A stretch of DNA of 51,640 bases, taken from the NCBI GenBank assembly GCA_020354045.1, contig CP070639.1, positions 2,533,738-2,585,377 of the forward strand. Reading direction: 5' to 3'. The position numbers were made by a program, and so were the translations under genes. This document shows positions 1 to 10,258 of the stretch, one piece after another (the stretch's first letter is position 1; every line of letters begins with the position of its first letter). The notes below the pieces were generated by a model that was given only the letters and a program-made list of their open reading frames with translations, had not been told where the DNA came from and did not search any database. The stretch is from Anaerolineales bacterium (GTDB taxonomy: Bacteria; Chloroflexota; Anaerolineae; Anaerolineales; UBA4823).

Positions 1-1746
1 CCGGTAATCACTCGAGGTATCCATTAGGTCATTATGAGAGCCCTGAGCTATGATTTCACCTTTGCGCAGTACTAATATGATATCCGCCCATCGAATTTGG
101 GATAGACGGTGAGTAATAATCAAAGTTGTTCTACCACGAGAGGCTGCATAAATTGCACGCTGAATTTTGTCCTCTGTGGCGCTATCAATGGAGCTTGTAG
201 AATCATCCAAAATCAGTATGCGCGGATCAGTAAGGAATGCCCGTGCCAGAGCCAGGCGTTGTCGCTGACCGCCAGAAAGAGTTACACCTCTTTCACCGAT
301 CACAGTATGATAACCATCCTCCAGATTGGTTATAAATTCATCGGCTTGAGCTTCTTTGGCAACATAAAAGACTTCTTCATGAGAGGAATCTTTTTTACCA
401 AAAGAGATATTTTCCTGTATAGAGCGTGAAAACAGAAATACATCCTGTTCAATTATGGAAATATTTTTCCTGAGAGCGTTTAGACTCCAGTCTCGAACAT
501 CAACTCCATCGACGAGGATCTTTCCTAAAGTAGCATCATATGTGCGATTGATGAGCTTGACCAACGTGGTTTTCCCGGAGCCAGTTTGTCCCACGATTGC
601 CACGGTTTGGCCGGGGTGCACTTTGAATGATATGTTTTGTAGTATATTCTCTTCGCCTTGGTATGAAAAACTGACATCTCGAAACTCGATTTCTCCTCGC
701 ATGGGTTGTTGATATCCAGTTTTGTTTTGATCCAGATGATTCACGCGGTTAATGAGCTCCAGTATGCGCTTGGCGCTAGCCATGCCTAAAGATACCTGGG
801 AATAGGAAAATAGGGAGACAAATGTGGGAAATCCAAACAATTGGATCAATCCAAAATATGCCACCACCTGGCCAACATCAATCAGTCCACGGCTATATAA
901 CAGGATCGCATGAAAGAGACCACCTGCCTCTGCTAGGCCAAGCAATAACAGGGGCAAAAAACGTGCTTCAATATCACCCTGACGGATAGATGCATCTCGA
1001 TATCTGAGCGCGTTATTTCTAAAAAGTCCTACCTCGTTTGGTTCTTGGGCAGCACCTTTTACGGTTTCGATTCCATCAATAGCCTCGGCCAGCCTGGTAT
1101 TTAAACTTCCAAAGGAAGCGCGTGATTCGTCTGTGACCGGCCTTAGTTCCTTCAAATACTGCCAAAGTGAAAGAGCATAAGAAATGATAAACAATGTTGG
1201 GACAAGAACCAAGGATGGATGAAATCGAGGGGCAAGAATGATGGGTATGATAATGAAGTTAGCGGAGCCAACTACAAGATTGAAACCTGGATTGAACATC
1301 AAGTTAATTTCTCTGACATCGTTTGTGGCCCGAGCCATGGTATCACCGACTGGCTGTAGATTATGGAATGTCATGCTTTTGCCAAGCAAGCTGACATACA
1401 ATTCGTTGCGAATATCGCGTTCGAGCCGTTGCCCAAGCATCTCAGCACTAAAGTTTCTCCCCAATTGCAGGATACTGCGCAATAATTGCGTCCCTGCGAT
1501 AAGCAAGGCGTACCTGATAATCGTTGCAATGGCTGATGAATCGATACGTACGGCGTTAATGGCTTCACCAACGTAGATAGGAACTACAGCAGCAAAGGCA
1601 GCGTTTCCAATTGCTCCGATTATCAAAGTTAATATTAGATACCAATAGTGAAAAACGTGGGAAACGATCCATGCCAGTGGACTAGTTTTCTTTGTCTGGT
1701 ATTGTGTGGGGAGGCTGAACTCAACGGGTTTGGTTATACTGGTCAT
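1..1746 (-). CDS. ABC transporter, fused permease and ATP-binding protein (type I exporter). 3' partial: the C-terminus runs off the window start.
   Basis: Translated by hand from the minus strand; absent from the ORF track because there is no in-window stop. ATG at 1746-1744 gives MTSITKPVEF.... The N-terminal hydrophobic helices are followed by an NBD with Walker A GQTGSGKTT, ABC signature LSGGQRQR, Walker B ILILDDSTSS and H-loop ITHRLS. Confidence 0.85.
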   Translation of the reverse strand, partial: MTSITKPVEFSLPTQYQTKKTSPLAWIVSHVFHYWYLILTLIIGAIGNAAFAAVVPIYVGEAINAVRIDSSAIATIIRYALLIAGTQLLRSILQLGRNFSAEMLGQRLERDIRNELYVSLLGKSMTFHNLQPVGDTMARATNDVREINLMFNPGFNLVVGSANFIIIPIILAPRFHPSLVLVPTLFIISYALSLWQYLKELRPVTDESRASFGSLNTRLAEAIDGIETVKGAAQEPNEVGLFRNNALRYRDASIRQGDIEARFLPLLLLGLAEAGGLFHAILLYSRGLIDVGQVVAYFGLIQLFGFPTFVSLFSYSQVSLGMASAKRILELINRVNHLDQNKTGYQQPMRGEIEFRDVSFSYQGEENILQNISFKVHPGQTVAIVGQTGSGKTTLVKLINRTYDATLGKILVDGVDVRDWSLNALRKNISIIEQDVFLFSRSIQENISFGKKDSSHEEVFYVAKEAQADEFITNLEDGYHTVIGERGVTLSGGQRQRLALARAFLTDPRILILDDSTSSIDSATEDKIQRAIYAASRGRTTLIITHRLSQIRWADIILVLRKGEIIAQGSHNDLMDTSSDYR

Positions 1747-1801
1747 AAGTGCAAAAATTGGTAAGTGGGATCCTAACCACACTGAACCTACCACAGGCAG
1801 A

Positions 1802-2515
1802 TTATGTAAGGACTAAATCTTCGTTGAGAAAGGGCAATTTTTCGGCGATCTTGTATGGGCCAAACTTTTGCAAATCAGTATAAACTAGACGTCTCAGCCG
1901 ACCGCTGCGGGGTGATATTTTATATAAATTTCCATTGCGGTGAATGATCGTTATGGCACGCTTTTTCCGACCAAATGTCCTGCGCATTATGATGGAGTAC
2001 TGGCGAAAATTTTCCGTTTCTTCAGGAAATTTATCAAACAATATCTGATAAGCCCCGATAAACTCTTGCAAATATTGTTGGGTAATAAGTTGTAAATTGC
2101 TTAATATCCAGCAGCGATCTTCGTATTGCCAGTAGTAAGCCAAACCAATAAAGGATTTATTATGATCAATGTATGGAAAAAAGGGAAATGACCTGCAAGT
2201 AATGGAGCGATACTCTCTCTGGCACTTATCATGACCAAGACACTCGATTAGTACGTGTCCCTCAGGTGTAAGATTGATTAGATTGTTGGTGTGTTTGAAA
2301 TCAGAATTATTCCAAAGGTGCCATAAATTGGTATGCGATTTCAGGTATCCCCATTCTGATTGGTAAGCGGTGGGTACAGCATGATGTGTATCACAGCAAA
2401 ACGGGACTCCTTTTTGATTATAAGGTGCACATTTGTACCCACAGTTAAATTTCGTAATTGGAGACTCAAATTGTTTGTATAGACCATTAAAAAATACAGA
2501 TTCTACCCTGGACAT
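1802..2515 (-). CDS. Cys-rich protein, YkgJ/UPF0153-like (CxxCxxCC-type putative Zn/Fe-chelating domain)
   Basis: ORF-track protein with FNCGYKCAPYNQKGVPFCCD and later ECLGHDKCQREYRSITCRSFPFFPY. These resemble the two Cys clusters of the PF03692 family (C..C..CC and C.IYe.RP..CR.YP). It lies 55 bp upstream of, and co-directional with, the ABC exporter. Confidence 0.45.
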   Translation of the reverse strand: MSRVESVFFNGLYKQFESPITKFNCGYKCAPYNQKGVPFCCDTHHAVPTAYQSEWGYLKSHTNLWHLWNNSDFKHTNNLINLTPEGHVLIECLGHDKCQREYRSITCRSFPFFPYIDHNKSFIGLAYYWQYEDRCWILSNLQLITQQYLQEFIGAYQILFDKFPEETENFRQYSIIMRRTFGRKKRAITIIHRNGNLYKISPRSGRLRRLVYTDLQKFGPYKIAEKLPFLNEDLVLT

Positions 2516-2656
2516 GCTGGTAGGATACCACAGTTTTCAGCCTCACTAACTAACAAACAATTCAGCCTCAATGCCGGATCTCTCCCAGATAAGCATCAAA
2601 CAGCAGACTGTTACCGTAAATAGAATCCTGACAAGGCAGGGTATAATCCAGGCGCG

Positions 2657-4360
2657 ATGAGCCGGCACCGTTATCGACGCATTGTATTCTTTTTCGCCCG
2701 CGTCATTTTGGGCATAATTGTGTCGGATTTGTTACTTCCCAAAATCGGGTTTCGTAAGTGGGCAAAGCGTACCCGCCATGATCGGTTTCGAGCTATAGCG
2801 CGGGCATTTCGAGAGCTAGCGATAGAGATGGGTGGAGTACTTATAAAGGTTGGGCAATTTCTGTCAACACGCGTCGATCTTCTTCCTGCGGAAATCACCG
2901 ATGAACTAGCCCATCTCCAGGACGAAGTTCCCCCAGAAAAATACGAGGATATTAAACAGGTAATCGAAGAGGAATTCGAAATCCCTTTGTTAGAGAAGTT
3001 CGCGGAATTCGATTCTCAACCCCTGGCAGCGGCTTCTCTAGGGCAAGTTCATAAAGCACGGATTTGGGCTCCATCTGACAGCGACCAGGAAGGTATGCAA
3101 GACCCAATCTCACATGATGTGGTAGTAAAAATTCAAAGACCAGATATTGAAAAATTAATTGCAACCGACCTTGCAGCACTATTTACAGTTGGAAATTGGC
3201 TGAGAAAGTACAGTCCCATAAACCGCCGAGCTGATGTGCTTGCCCTGCTTGACGAGTTCAAGAAGATTTTATATGAGGAAATTGATTACCTTGCAGAGGG
3301 AAAGAATGCGGAGATTTTTGCGGACCGATTTAAGAGCGATGCAACTGTGCGAGTACCTCGGGTTTATTGGACGCATACCACAAAAAAGGTATTGACGCTG
3401 GAAAATGTGTTGGCGATAAAGATTACGGATTATTCATCAATCACTGAAGTAGGTATTGAGCGAAGTGAGGTAGCTTCACGCTTATTGAGTGTCTATCTTA
3501 AACAAATTTTTGAGGATGGTTTTTTTCACGCTGACCCTCATCCAGGCAATTTATTTGTATATCCATTGGTGAAAGAGAATGAAGGTGAGGGAACGGAGAT
3601 AATATGGCAACTCACTTTCGTCGATTTTGGAATGGTTGGACGAGTACCTCCCAACACGGTCAGAGGATTGAGAGAGATGCTCATTGGTGTTGGTACACGG
3701 GATGCCAAAAGGTTGATCAAATCTTATCAGACTTTAGGTATCTTGCTACCAAGCGCAGACCTGGGGCTTTTGGAACAAGCTGAGGAAAATATATTTAAAC
3801 GCTTCTGGGGGATGAATATGTCAGAACTTCGCAATATCGATCTCAAGGAGATGAGCGAATTTGCACAAGAGTATCGCGAACTGTTATTCAGCCTGCCTTT
3901 TCAAATTCCCCACGATTTCATCTTTCTCGCCAGAACAGTTGCCATTTTATCTGGGATGTGCACTGGATTGGATCCTAATTTTAATGTCTGGGAGCATATT
4001 GCCCCTTATGCGGAAGATCTGCTAGCTAAAGAACTAAGATATGAATATACACACTGGCTAGATGAGGCTCGCTTACTGTTGCGCGCATTACTCTCAATTC
4101 CGGTAAAATTAGATACAATCCTTGAGAAGCTGGATCGTGGTGAAATCATGATTCAAGCACCTTTGGTGCTACAACGGGTTGGTATTCTGGAACATGCGTT
4201 AAACCGTGTGGTGCTTGGGATTGTATTCGCGGTGCTCCTGTTAAGCGGTGTATTGTTGCATTCAGCAGGAGAAGATATCTATGCGCTTCCTTTGTTGGGA
4301 GTTGCTGGAATTACATTCGTTTTGATATTTTTATCCTTTATTAGACGCAGGAGGGCCTGA
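2657..4360 (+). CDS. UbiB/ABC1 (AarF) atypical protein kinase family protein
   Basis: ABC1 motifs ELAIEMGGVLIKVGQFLSTRVDLLP and AAASLGQVHKARI; the HADPHPGN catalytic-loop region; C-terminal hydrophobic helices. Confidence 0.85.
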   Translation: MSRHRYRRIVFFFARVILGIIVSDLLLPKIGFRKWAKRTRHDRFRAIARAFRELAIEMGGVLIKVGQFLSTRVDLLPAEITDELAHLQDEVPPEKYEDIKQVIEEEFEIPLLEKFAEFDSQPLAAASLGQVHKARIWAPSDSDQEGMQDPISHDVVVKIQRPDIEKLIATDLAALFTVGNWLRKYSPINRRADVLALLDEFKKILYEEIDYLAEGKNAEIFADRFKSDATVRVPRVYWTHTTKKVLTLENVLAIKITDYSSITEVGIERSEVASRLLSVYLKQIFEDGFFHADPHPGNLFVYPLVKENEGEGTEIIWQLTFVDFGMVGRVPPNTVRGLREMLIGVGTRDAKRLIKSYQTLGILLPSADLGLLEQAEENIFKRFWGMNMSELRNIDLKEMSEFAQEYRELLFSLPFQIPHDFIFLARTVAILSGMCTGLDPNFNVWEHIAPYAEDLLAKELRYEYTHWLDEARLLLRALLSIPVKLDTILEKLDRGEIMIQAPLVLQRVGILEHALNRVVLGIVFAVLLLSGVLLHSAGEDIYALPLLGVAGITFVLIFLSFIRRRRA

Positions 4361-5283
4361 TGAAATCTGATTTTATCTGGATGGACGGCGAGTTTGTGCC
4401 TTATGAAAAAGCGACTATTCATTTTATTAATCCTACATTGCATTACGGTCCAGGGGTCTTTGAAGGTATACGTTGTTATTCTTCGGCAAAGGGTCCTGCT
4501 ATCTTTCGCCTGAAGGACCATCTGGCAAGATTCTTGGAGTCTATCCATATTCTGGGGGTATCCAATTTTCCATATTCAATTGAGGATTTAAGCCACGCAA
4601 TAATCGAGACGGTTAAGGTAAATAAATTCGAATCGTGTTATATACGACCTTTAATGTACCTAGATGGACCACTTGGATTAAACATGGACAGGTCTTTGCC
4701 TAGAGTGATGATTGCCAGTTGGGAGTGGGGACCATATCTTGGGGAAGAAGCCCAAAAATCAGGCATTCATATGATGGTATCTTCCTATACACGTTTGCAT
4801 CCAAATGTCAATATGACAAAAGCAAAAATCTCTGGAAATTATGTCAATTCAATGATGGCAAAAACATTGGCCTTACGTTCAGGATATGATGAGGCCGTAA
4901 TTCTCGATCCCCAGGGATTTGTAGCGGAATGCACTGGCGAAAATGTATTTATGGTGCGTGAGGGCAAATTATATACTCCCCCCCTAAGCACTGTATTGGA
5001 GGGGATCACTCGTGAGACAATCACTACACTAGCAGGGGATATGGGCATTGAAGTTATTGAGGAAATGATCACTCGGGACCTTTTATATATTGCTGATGAG
5101 GTTTTCATCGGTGGAACTGCTGCTGAAATCGTGGGGGTCAGGATGATCGATTTCCGCACAATTGGCGGTGGAAAGGTGGGCCCAATAACAAAGGAGTTAC
5201 TGAGACTATACCTAGAAAACGTTCACGGCGCAGGTGCTCATTCTGCAGAATGGCTTGACTTTGTACGCGAAGAAGAACAATGA
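4360..5283 (+). CDS. ilvE: Branched-chain amino acid aminotransferase (class IV aminotransferase)
   Basis: The N-terminus WMDGEFVPYEKATIHFINPTLHYGPGVFEGIRCY is typical of BCAT; length is ~307 aa. Its start overlaps the upstream stop (ATGA), which suggests translational coupling. Confidence 0.85.
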   Translation: MKSDFIWMDGEFVPYEKATIHFINPTLHYGPGVFEGIRCYSSAKGPAIFRLKDHLARFLESIHILGVSNFPYSIEDLSHAIIETVKVNKFESCYIRPLMYLDGPLGLNMDRSLPRVMIASWEWGPYLGEEAQKSGIHMMVSSYTRLHPNVNMTKAKISGNYVNSMMAKTLALRSGYDEAVILDPQGFVAECTGENVFMVREGKLYTPPLSTVLEGITRETITTLAGDMGIEVIEEMITRDLLYIADEVFIGGTAAEIVGVRMIDFRTIGGGKVGPITKELLRLYLENVHGAGAHSAEWLDFVREEEQ

Positions 5284-5439
5284 ATGGATTGTCCAGCGTT
5301 AATTGATTTCTAATGCAACGAAGGAGACATAACCGCATCTGATACAATAAATAGGTATTTTTGATTTTGTAAAAATTTGTCAATACTTTGACTATTAGGA
5401 AGTCAAGGTGTAAAAGGCATTCAATGAGGTAAACAATCA

Positions 5440-6435
5440 ATGGTAGAGCTTAGTATTTCAAATTTAACACCGAGTAAGCCAGAACAAGAGCGAGTGCAAG
5501 TATTGATTATTGGTTCTGGACCGGCAGGACTATCAGCGGCATTATACGCTGCTCGAGCAGATTTAAACCCCGTTGTGCTTACGGGTATGGAATTGGGTGG
5601 TCAGGTCTCATTAACATATATCGTTGAGAATTATCCTGGTTTCCCGGATGGCGTAGGTGGGGCTGAGATGGTGGAGCTATTTCAAAAACAGGCTGAGCGG
5701 TTTGGTGCCAGGATAGAGTTTGACACAGCAACAGAAGTGGACTTCAGTCAACGACCGTTCAAAGTGAAAACCTATAATGGAGAGTATTTAGCTGAATCAG
5801 TGATCATCACAACTGGCGCAACACCGAAACATCTCGACATACCAGGCGAGGTTGAGCTTACAGGGAGAGGGGTTTCATACTGTGCTACCTGTGACGGGTG
5901 GTTTTTCAAGGATAAGGATGTCGTGGTGATAGGGGGAGGTGATAGCGCATTAGAAGAAGGATTATTCTTGACCCGTTATGCGAAATCTGTGACAATCGTA
6001 CACCGGAGAGACGAGCTCAGGGCAGGTGCAATTCTTCAAAAACGCGCCTCGGGAAATCCAAAAATTAAATTCATATGGAATACAATCATAACGGACATTT
6101 TAGGTGAAGAGGCAGTCACAGGGATCCGAATGAAAAATGTCACCAGTGGAGAAGTGATTGAACATCCTATTGATGGTGTCTTTATATTTATCGGTCACAA
6201 TCCCAATACAGAGTTATTTAATGGCCAGCTTGATATGGATAAGCTTGGCTATTTGATTGTGGATCAACTAATGCGAACCCGGGTACCCGGTGTTTATGCT
6301 GCTGGCGAGGTAGCAGATCCGACCTTCAGGCAAGTGGTCACATCAGCGGGTATGGGTGCTGCCGCTGCCATGCAAGCAATACACTTTATTGAGGCGAACA
6401 CCGAAAGCCAGACCGAAATTATTGCTGGATCCTAA
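5440..6435 (+). CDS. trxB: Thioredoxin-disulfide reductase
   Basis: FAD motif VLIIGSGPAGLSAALYAAR, redox-active CATCDG, NAD(P)-binding VVVIGGGDSALEEG. Confidence 0.9.
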   Translation: MVELSISNLTPSKPEQERVQVLIIGSGPAGLSAALYAARADLNPVVLTGMELGGQVSLTYIVENYPGFPDGVGGAEMVELFQKQAERFGARIEFDTATEVDFSQRPFKVKTYNGEYLAESVIITTGATPKHLDIPGEVELTGRGVSYCATCDGWFFKDKDVVVIGGGDSALEEGLFLTRYAKSVTIVHRRDELRAGAILQKRASGNPKIKFIWNTIITDILGEEAVTGIRMKNVTSGEVIEHPIDGVFIFIGHNPNTELFNGQLDMDKLGYLIVDQLMRTRVPGVYAAGEVADPTFRQVVTSAGMGAAAAMQAIHFIEANTESQTEIIAGS

Positions 6436-6566
6436 TACCTTATAAATTGAAGCCACCCACTTCACGTGGATTTCGGATATTCCTTCAGATTACACAGGAG
6501 AAGTGCTGAACGGACACTTTTAGGTCGCCTCATCTACCAATCCTGCGCTGGTGTGTAATTGAATGA

Positions 6567-7553
<987 letters not shown>

Positions 7554-7571
7554 AACTAAGGAATGCGTGTC

Positions 7572-8879
7572 ATGGAGATGAGAGAAAAACTAAATCAGAT
7601 AATACCCGAATGGCGTGAAAGAGTACGTGCCCTAGTAAAAGACAGCGGTGACGTGAAGGTGGGTGAGGTGACAATTGCCCAGGTCTATGGTGGGATGCGG
7701 AGTGTCAAATCATTAGTGACAGACATCTCATTTGTAGACCCTAATGAAGGAATCCGTTTCCGAGGCTATACCATCCCAGAAGTGCTTAAAACGCTGCCGA
7801 AACCAAAAGGTGCCAGTATACCCTATGTGGGAGGTTTATATTATTTGTCCTTAATTGGGGAGCTGCCAACAACAGAGCAAGCAGAAGAGGTCGAGAAAGA
7901 GTGGAAATTGCGATCAGAAGTACCGGATTTTGTTTTCGAGGTGTTACGAGCTATGCCGGCAGATGCGCACCCAATGATGCTGTTTTCCCAGGCCATTCTG
8001 GCTTTGCAGTATGGATCCATATTTGCCCAAAGATACCAGGAGGGCATGACAAAAGAAGAATATTGGATGCCTATGCTGGAAGATAGCTTGAATTTGACTG
8101 CAAAATTGCCCACGATTGCAGCTTATATCTATAGCATGAAGTATAAGGGTGGCGAATTTGTTGAGCCTGACCCCGAGCTGGATTGGGGCGCTAATTTCGC
8201 TCACATGATGGGGATATCAGCTCCTGATTATAAGGATCTCTCAAGGCTATATTTTATCCTGCACTCTGATCACGAGAGTGGTAATGCCAGTGCTCACGCA
8301 ACGCATCTGGCTGCCTCAACCCTTTCAGATATATATTATGCTTTTTCTGCTGGAGTAAACAGTCTGGCTGGCCCGCTCCATGGGCTTGCCAACCAGGAAT
8401 GTTTACGCTGGTTACTTGGTGTCTACGAAGCCTTTGGTGGTGTCCCAACGAAGGAACAAGTTAGAAATTACGCATGGGATACATTGAACAGCGGACAGGT
8501 GATTCCAGGATATGGACATGCAGTTCTGCGTAAACCAGATCCACGCTATACTGCACAATATGAATTTGCAGAAGAGCAATTGCCTGATGATGAGTTGTTC
8601 CAGGTAGCCAAGATCGTCAATGAAATTGTCCCGCAGGTTCTTCTGGAGCAGGGGAAGGCGAAGAATCCCTGGGCAAATGTCGATGCGATCAGTGGAACGC
8701 TGCAGTATTATTACGGTGTGCGTGAATTTGATTTCTACACAGTAATGTTTGGCGTGGGAAGATCTTTAGGCGTGACAGCTAATGCCGTGTGGGCGCGTGC
8801 GTTGGGTCAACCGATCGAAAGGCCCAAGTCACTCACCACGGCCATGTTGGAGGAGATGGCCCGCAAAGACAAGAGTTAG
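7572..8879 (+). CDS. gltA: Citrate synthase
   Basis: Citrate synthase signature HSDHESGNASAHATHLAASTLSD and GPLHGLANQE. I prefer the start at 7572 (AAGGA 9 nt upstream); the ORF-track start is 7563. Confidence 0.85.
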   Translation: MEMREKLNQIIPEWRERVRALVKDSGDVKVGEVTIAQVYGGMRSVKSLVTDISFVDPNEGIRFRGYTIPEVLKTLPKPKGASIPYVGGLYYLSLIGELPTTEQAEEVEKEWKLRSEVPDFVFEVLRAMPADAHPMMLFSQAILALQYGSIFAQRYQEGMTKEEYWMPMLEDSLNLTAKLPTIAAYIYSMKYKGGEFVEPDPELDWGANFAHMMGISAPDYKDLSRLYFILHSDHESGNASAHATHLAASTLSDIYYAFSAGVNSLAGPLHGLANQECLRWLLGVYEAFGGVPTKEQVRNYAWDTLNSGQVIPGYGHAVLRKPDPRYTAQYEFAEEQLPDDELFQVAKIVNEIVPQVLLEQGKAKNPWANVDAISGTLQYYYGVREFDFYTVMFGVGRSLGVTANAVWARALGQPIERPKSLTTAMLEEMARKDKS

Positions 8880-8902
8880 GATTACGGGAATTAAATACAA
8901 AC

Positions 8903-8942
8903 GGGTGCTCAGGCGGTCACTTTGCCTGAGCACCCATTTTTA
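8903..8942. terminator. Rho-independent terminator, likely bidirectional, between convergent gltA and the LysM gene
   Basis: 12-bp stem GGGTGCTCAGGC/GCCTGAGCACCC followed by ATTTTTAAT. The reverse orientation is followed by a moderately T-rich run. Confidence 0.55.
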
Positions 8943-8958
8943 ATGGATTTAATTTATC

Positions 8959-10116
8959 CTATGGCGAGGGCGTGCTCGCAGTAGTTATCCCTGCCCAAAC
9001 GAAGACTCTTTGCGCGCTGGGATTCCCAGCTGCTTCCCATATTGGGTTTCCACTATCATCCGTGCCTGCCTGTCTGACTGGCAATACCCACCACCGGAAA
9101 ACATGCGGCGATGATTCGCCAGGGCGCATGGATTGTGGAACGATGAACTTCGTATCCGTGACATAATCTACCAATCTGACGTCAGCCCCGTCTGTGAAAT
9201 CGACGATTGTTACAGCGTAGGCTTCATTCTCGCGTAAAGTTCCAACGGCTGCCCACTGCAAGGCCACCACGTTGTCTGAATTCAAAAATCGAATCCCATC
9301 CTGTGGTAGCAGCAGATTTGGTGCCGGATACGGGGGTGGTGGGGTCGGTGTTGGCGAGGGACCAGGTGTAGCTGCCCGTTCACATAAGGGAATTTTCAAG
9401 GATTGCCCAGAGCGAACGTTATCACTTACCAGCCCGTTATAATTTTTCAAAGCAGTGATAGAGATGGCGTAATTCGCTGAGATACTACTCAGGGTATCGT
9501 TGTCCTGTACGACATAATCAATTTCGCCACAGGCTGCTCGGGTTGCCTCTGCTTCGCTCAGCGTGGCTGTGGGCAGCTGGGTGGCGGTTGGGGTTGGCTG
9601 TGGGATCAAGAGATTTTGCCCTTCGAAGAGCGTATCGCAAGCTGCGGGCAAATCATTGAGCAAGACGATGCTCTGGATTGAGACCCCAAAGGCAAACGCA
9701 ATCGAGGAACAATTGTCACCGGCTGCGACCCGGTAAGAAAATGGAGTTGGAGTGGGGATGGGAGTATCGGTTGGGATGGGGGTGACTGGTGTTGGTGTTA
9801 TGGTGACGGTGGCAGTAAATGTAAGGGTCGGGGTTTGTGTAGGTGGTACCACTACCTCAGCTGGAGTCTGGCGCAGAAAGTAGTATACCAACCCCGCGCC
9901 AATCGCCAGGAATAAGAGCGAGAAGCCCAATATAAAAGGCAGACTTAATGTGATGGCTGGGATACGGCTGCCTTGAACGGCCTGGGTTGGCTTGGAGGGC
10001 TTATCTGCACTGGCGAAATCTGTACCACAAACCAGACAGCGGCTAGCATCTTCGCTTAAACGTGTACCACAGGTCGGGCATAATTTCGTATTTTTTGTAG
10101 GTGTTTCTGGTTTCAT
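8959..10116 (-). CDS. Zinc-ribbon, single-TM, tandem LysM-domain protein with Pro/Thr-rich linkers
   Basis: N-terminal CPTCG...CLVCG zinc ribbon; a hydrophobic TM segment; two LysM-like segments (YRVAAGDNCSSIAFAFGVSIQSIVLLNDL and YVVQDNDTLSSISANYAISITALKNYNGL); PT-rich low-complexity linkers. Confidence 0.8.
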   Translation of the reverse strand: MKPETPTKNTKLCPTCGTRLSEDASRCLVCGTDFASADKPSKPTQAVQGSRIPAITLSLPFILGFSLLFLAIGAGLVYYFLRQTPAEVVVPPTQTPTLTFTATVTITPTPVTPIPTDTPIPTPTPFSYRVAAGDNCSSIAFAFGVSIQSIVLLNDLPAACDTLFEGQNLLIPQPTPTATQLPTATLSEAEATRAACGEIDYVVQDNDTLSSISANYAISITALKNYNGLVSDNVRSGQSLKIPLCERAATPGPSPTPTPPPPYPAPNLLLPQDGIRFLNSDNVVALQWAAVGTLRENEAYAVTIVDFTDGADVRLVDYVTDTKFIVPQSMRPGESSPHVFRWWVLPVRQAGTDDSGNPIWEAAGNPSAQRVFVWAGITTASTPSP

Positions 10117-10258
10117 CTTTTAATTACCGTAGTCTATCCTTGGCAGATAACCCTGCCGATTATACCAGCCTTCTGACCTCGCTGATGGTCGATATTTAGG
10201 GCTATATACAAAGAATGGTGGTGAGAAAAATCCAGGTTTTTTGATATACTGACAGCCG

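Noticed and set aside
109-1576. ORF-track plus-strand ORFs (109-429, 455-712, 1238-1576) and the minus-strand ORF 1371-1571
   Set aside because: They lie within, and in other frames or on the opposite strand of, the clearly real ABC exporter reading frame on the minus strand (Walker A, signature and Walker B all present). They are low-complexity translations with no motifs.
8959-10116. PT-rich low-complexity tracts, considered as possible tandem repeats or a mobile repeat element
   Set aside because: They are in-frame Pro/Thr linker regions of the LysM protein (and similarly of the 37660-38934 protein). There are no nucleotide-level tandem repeats of fixed period and no flanking IR or DR.
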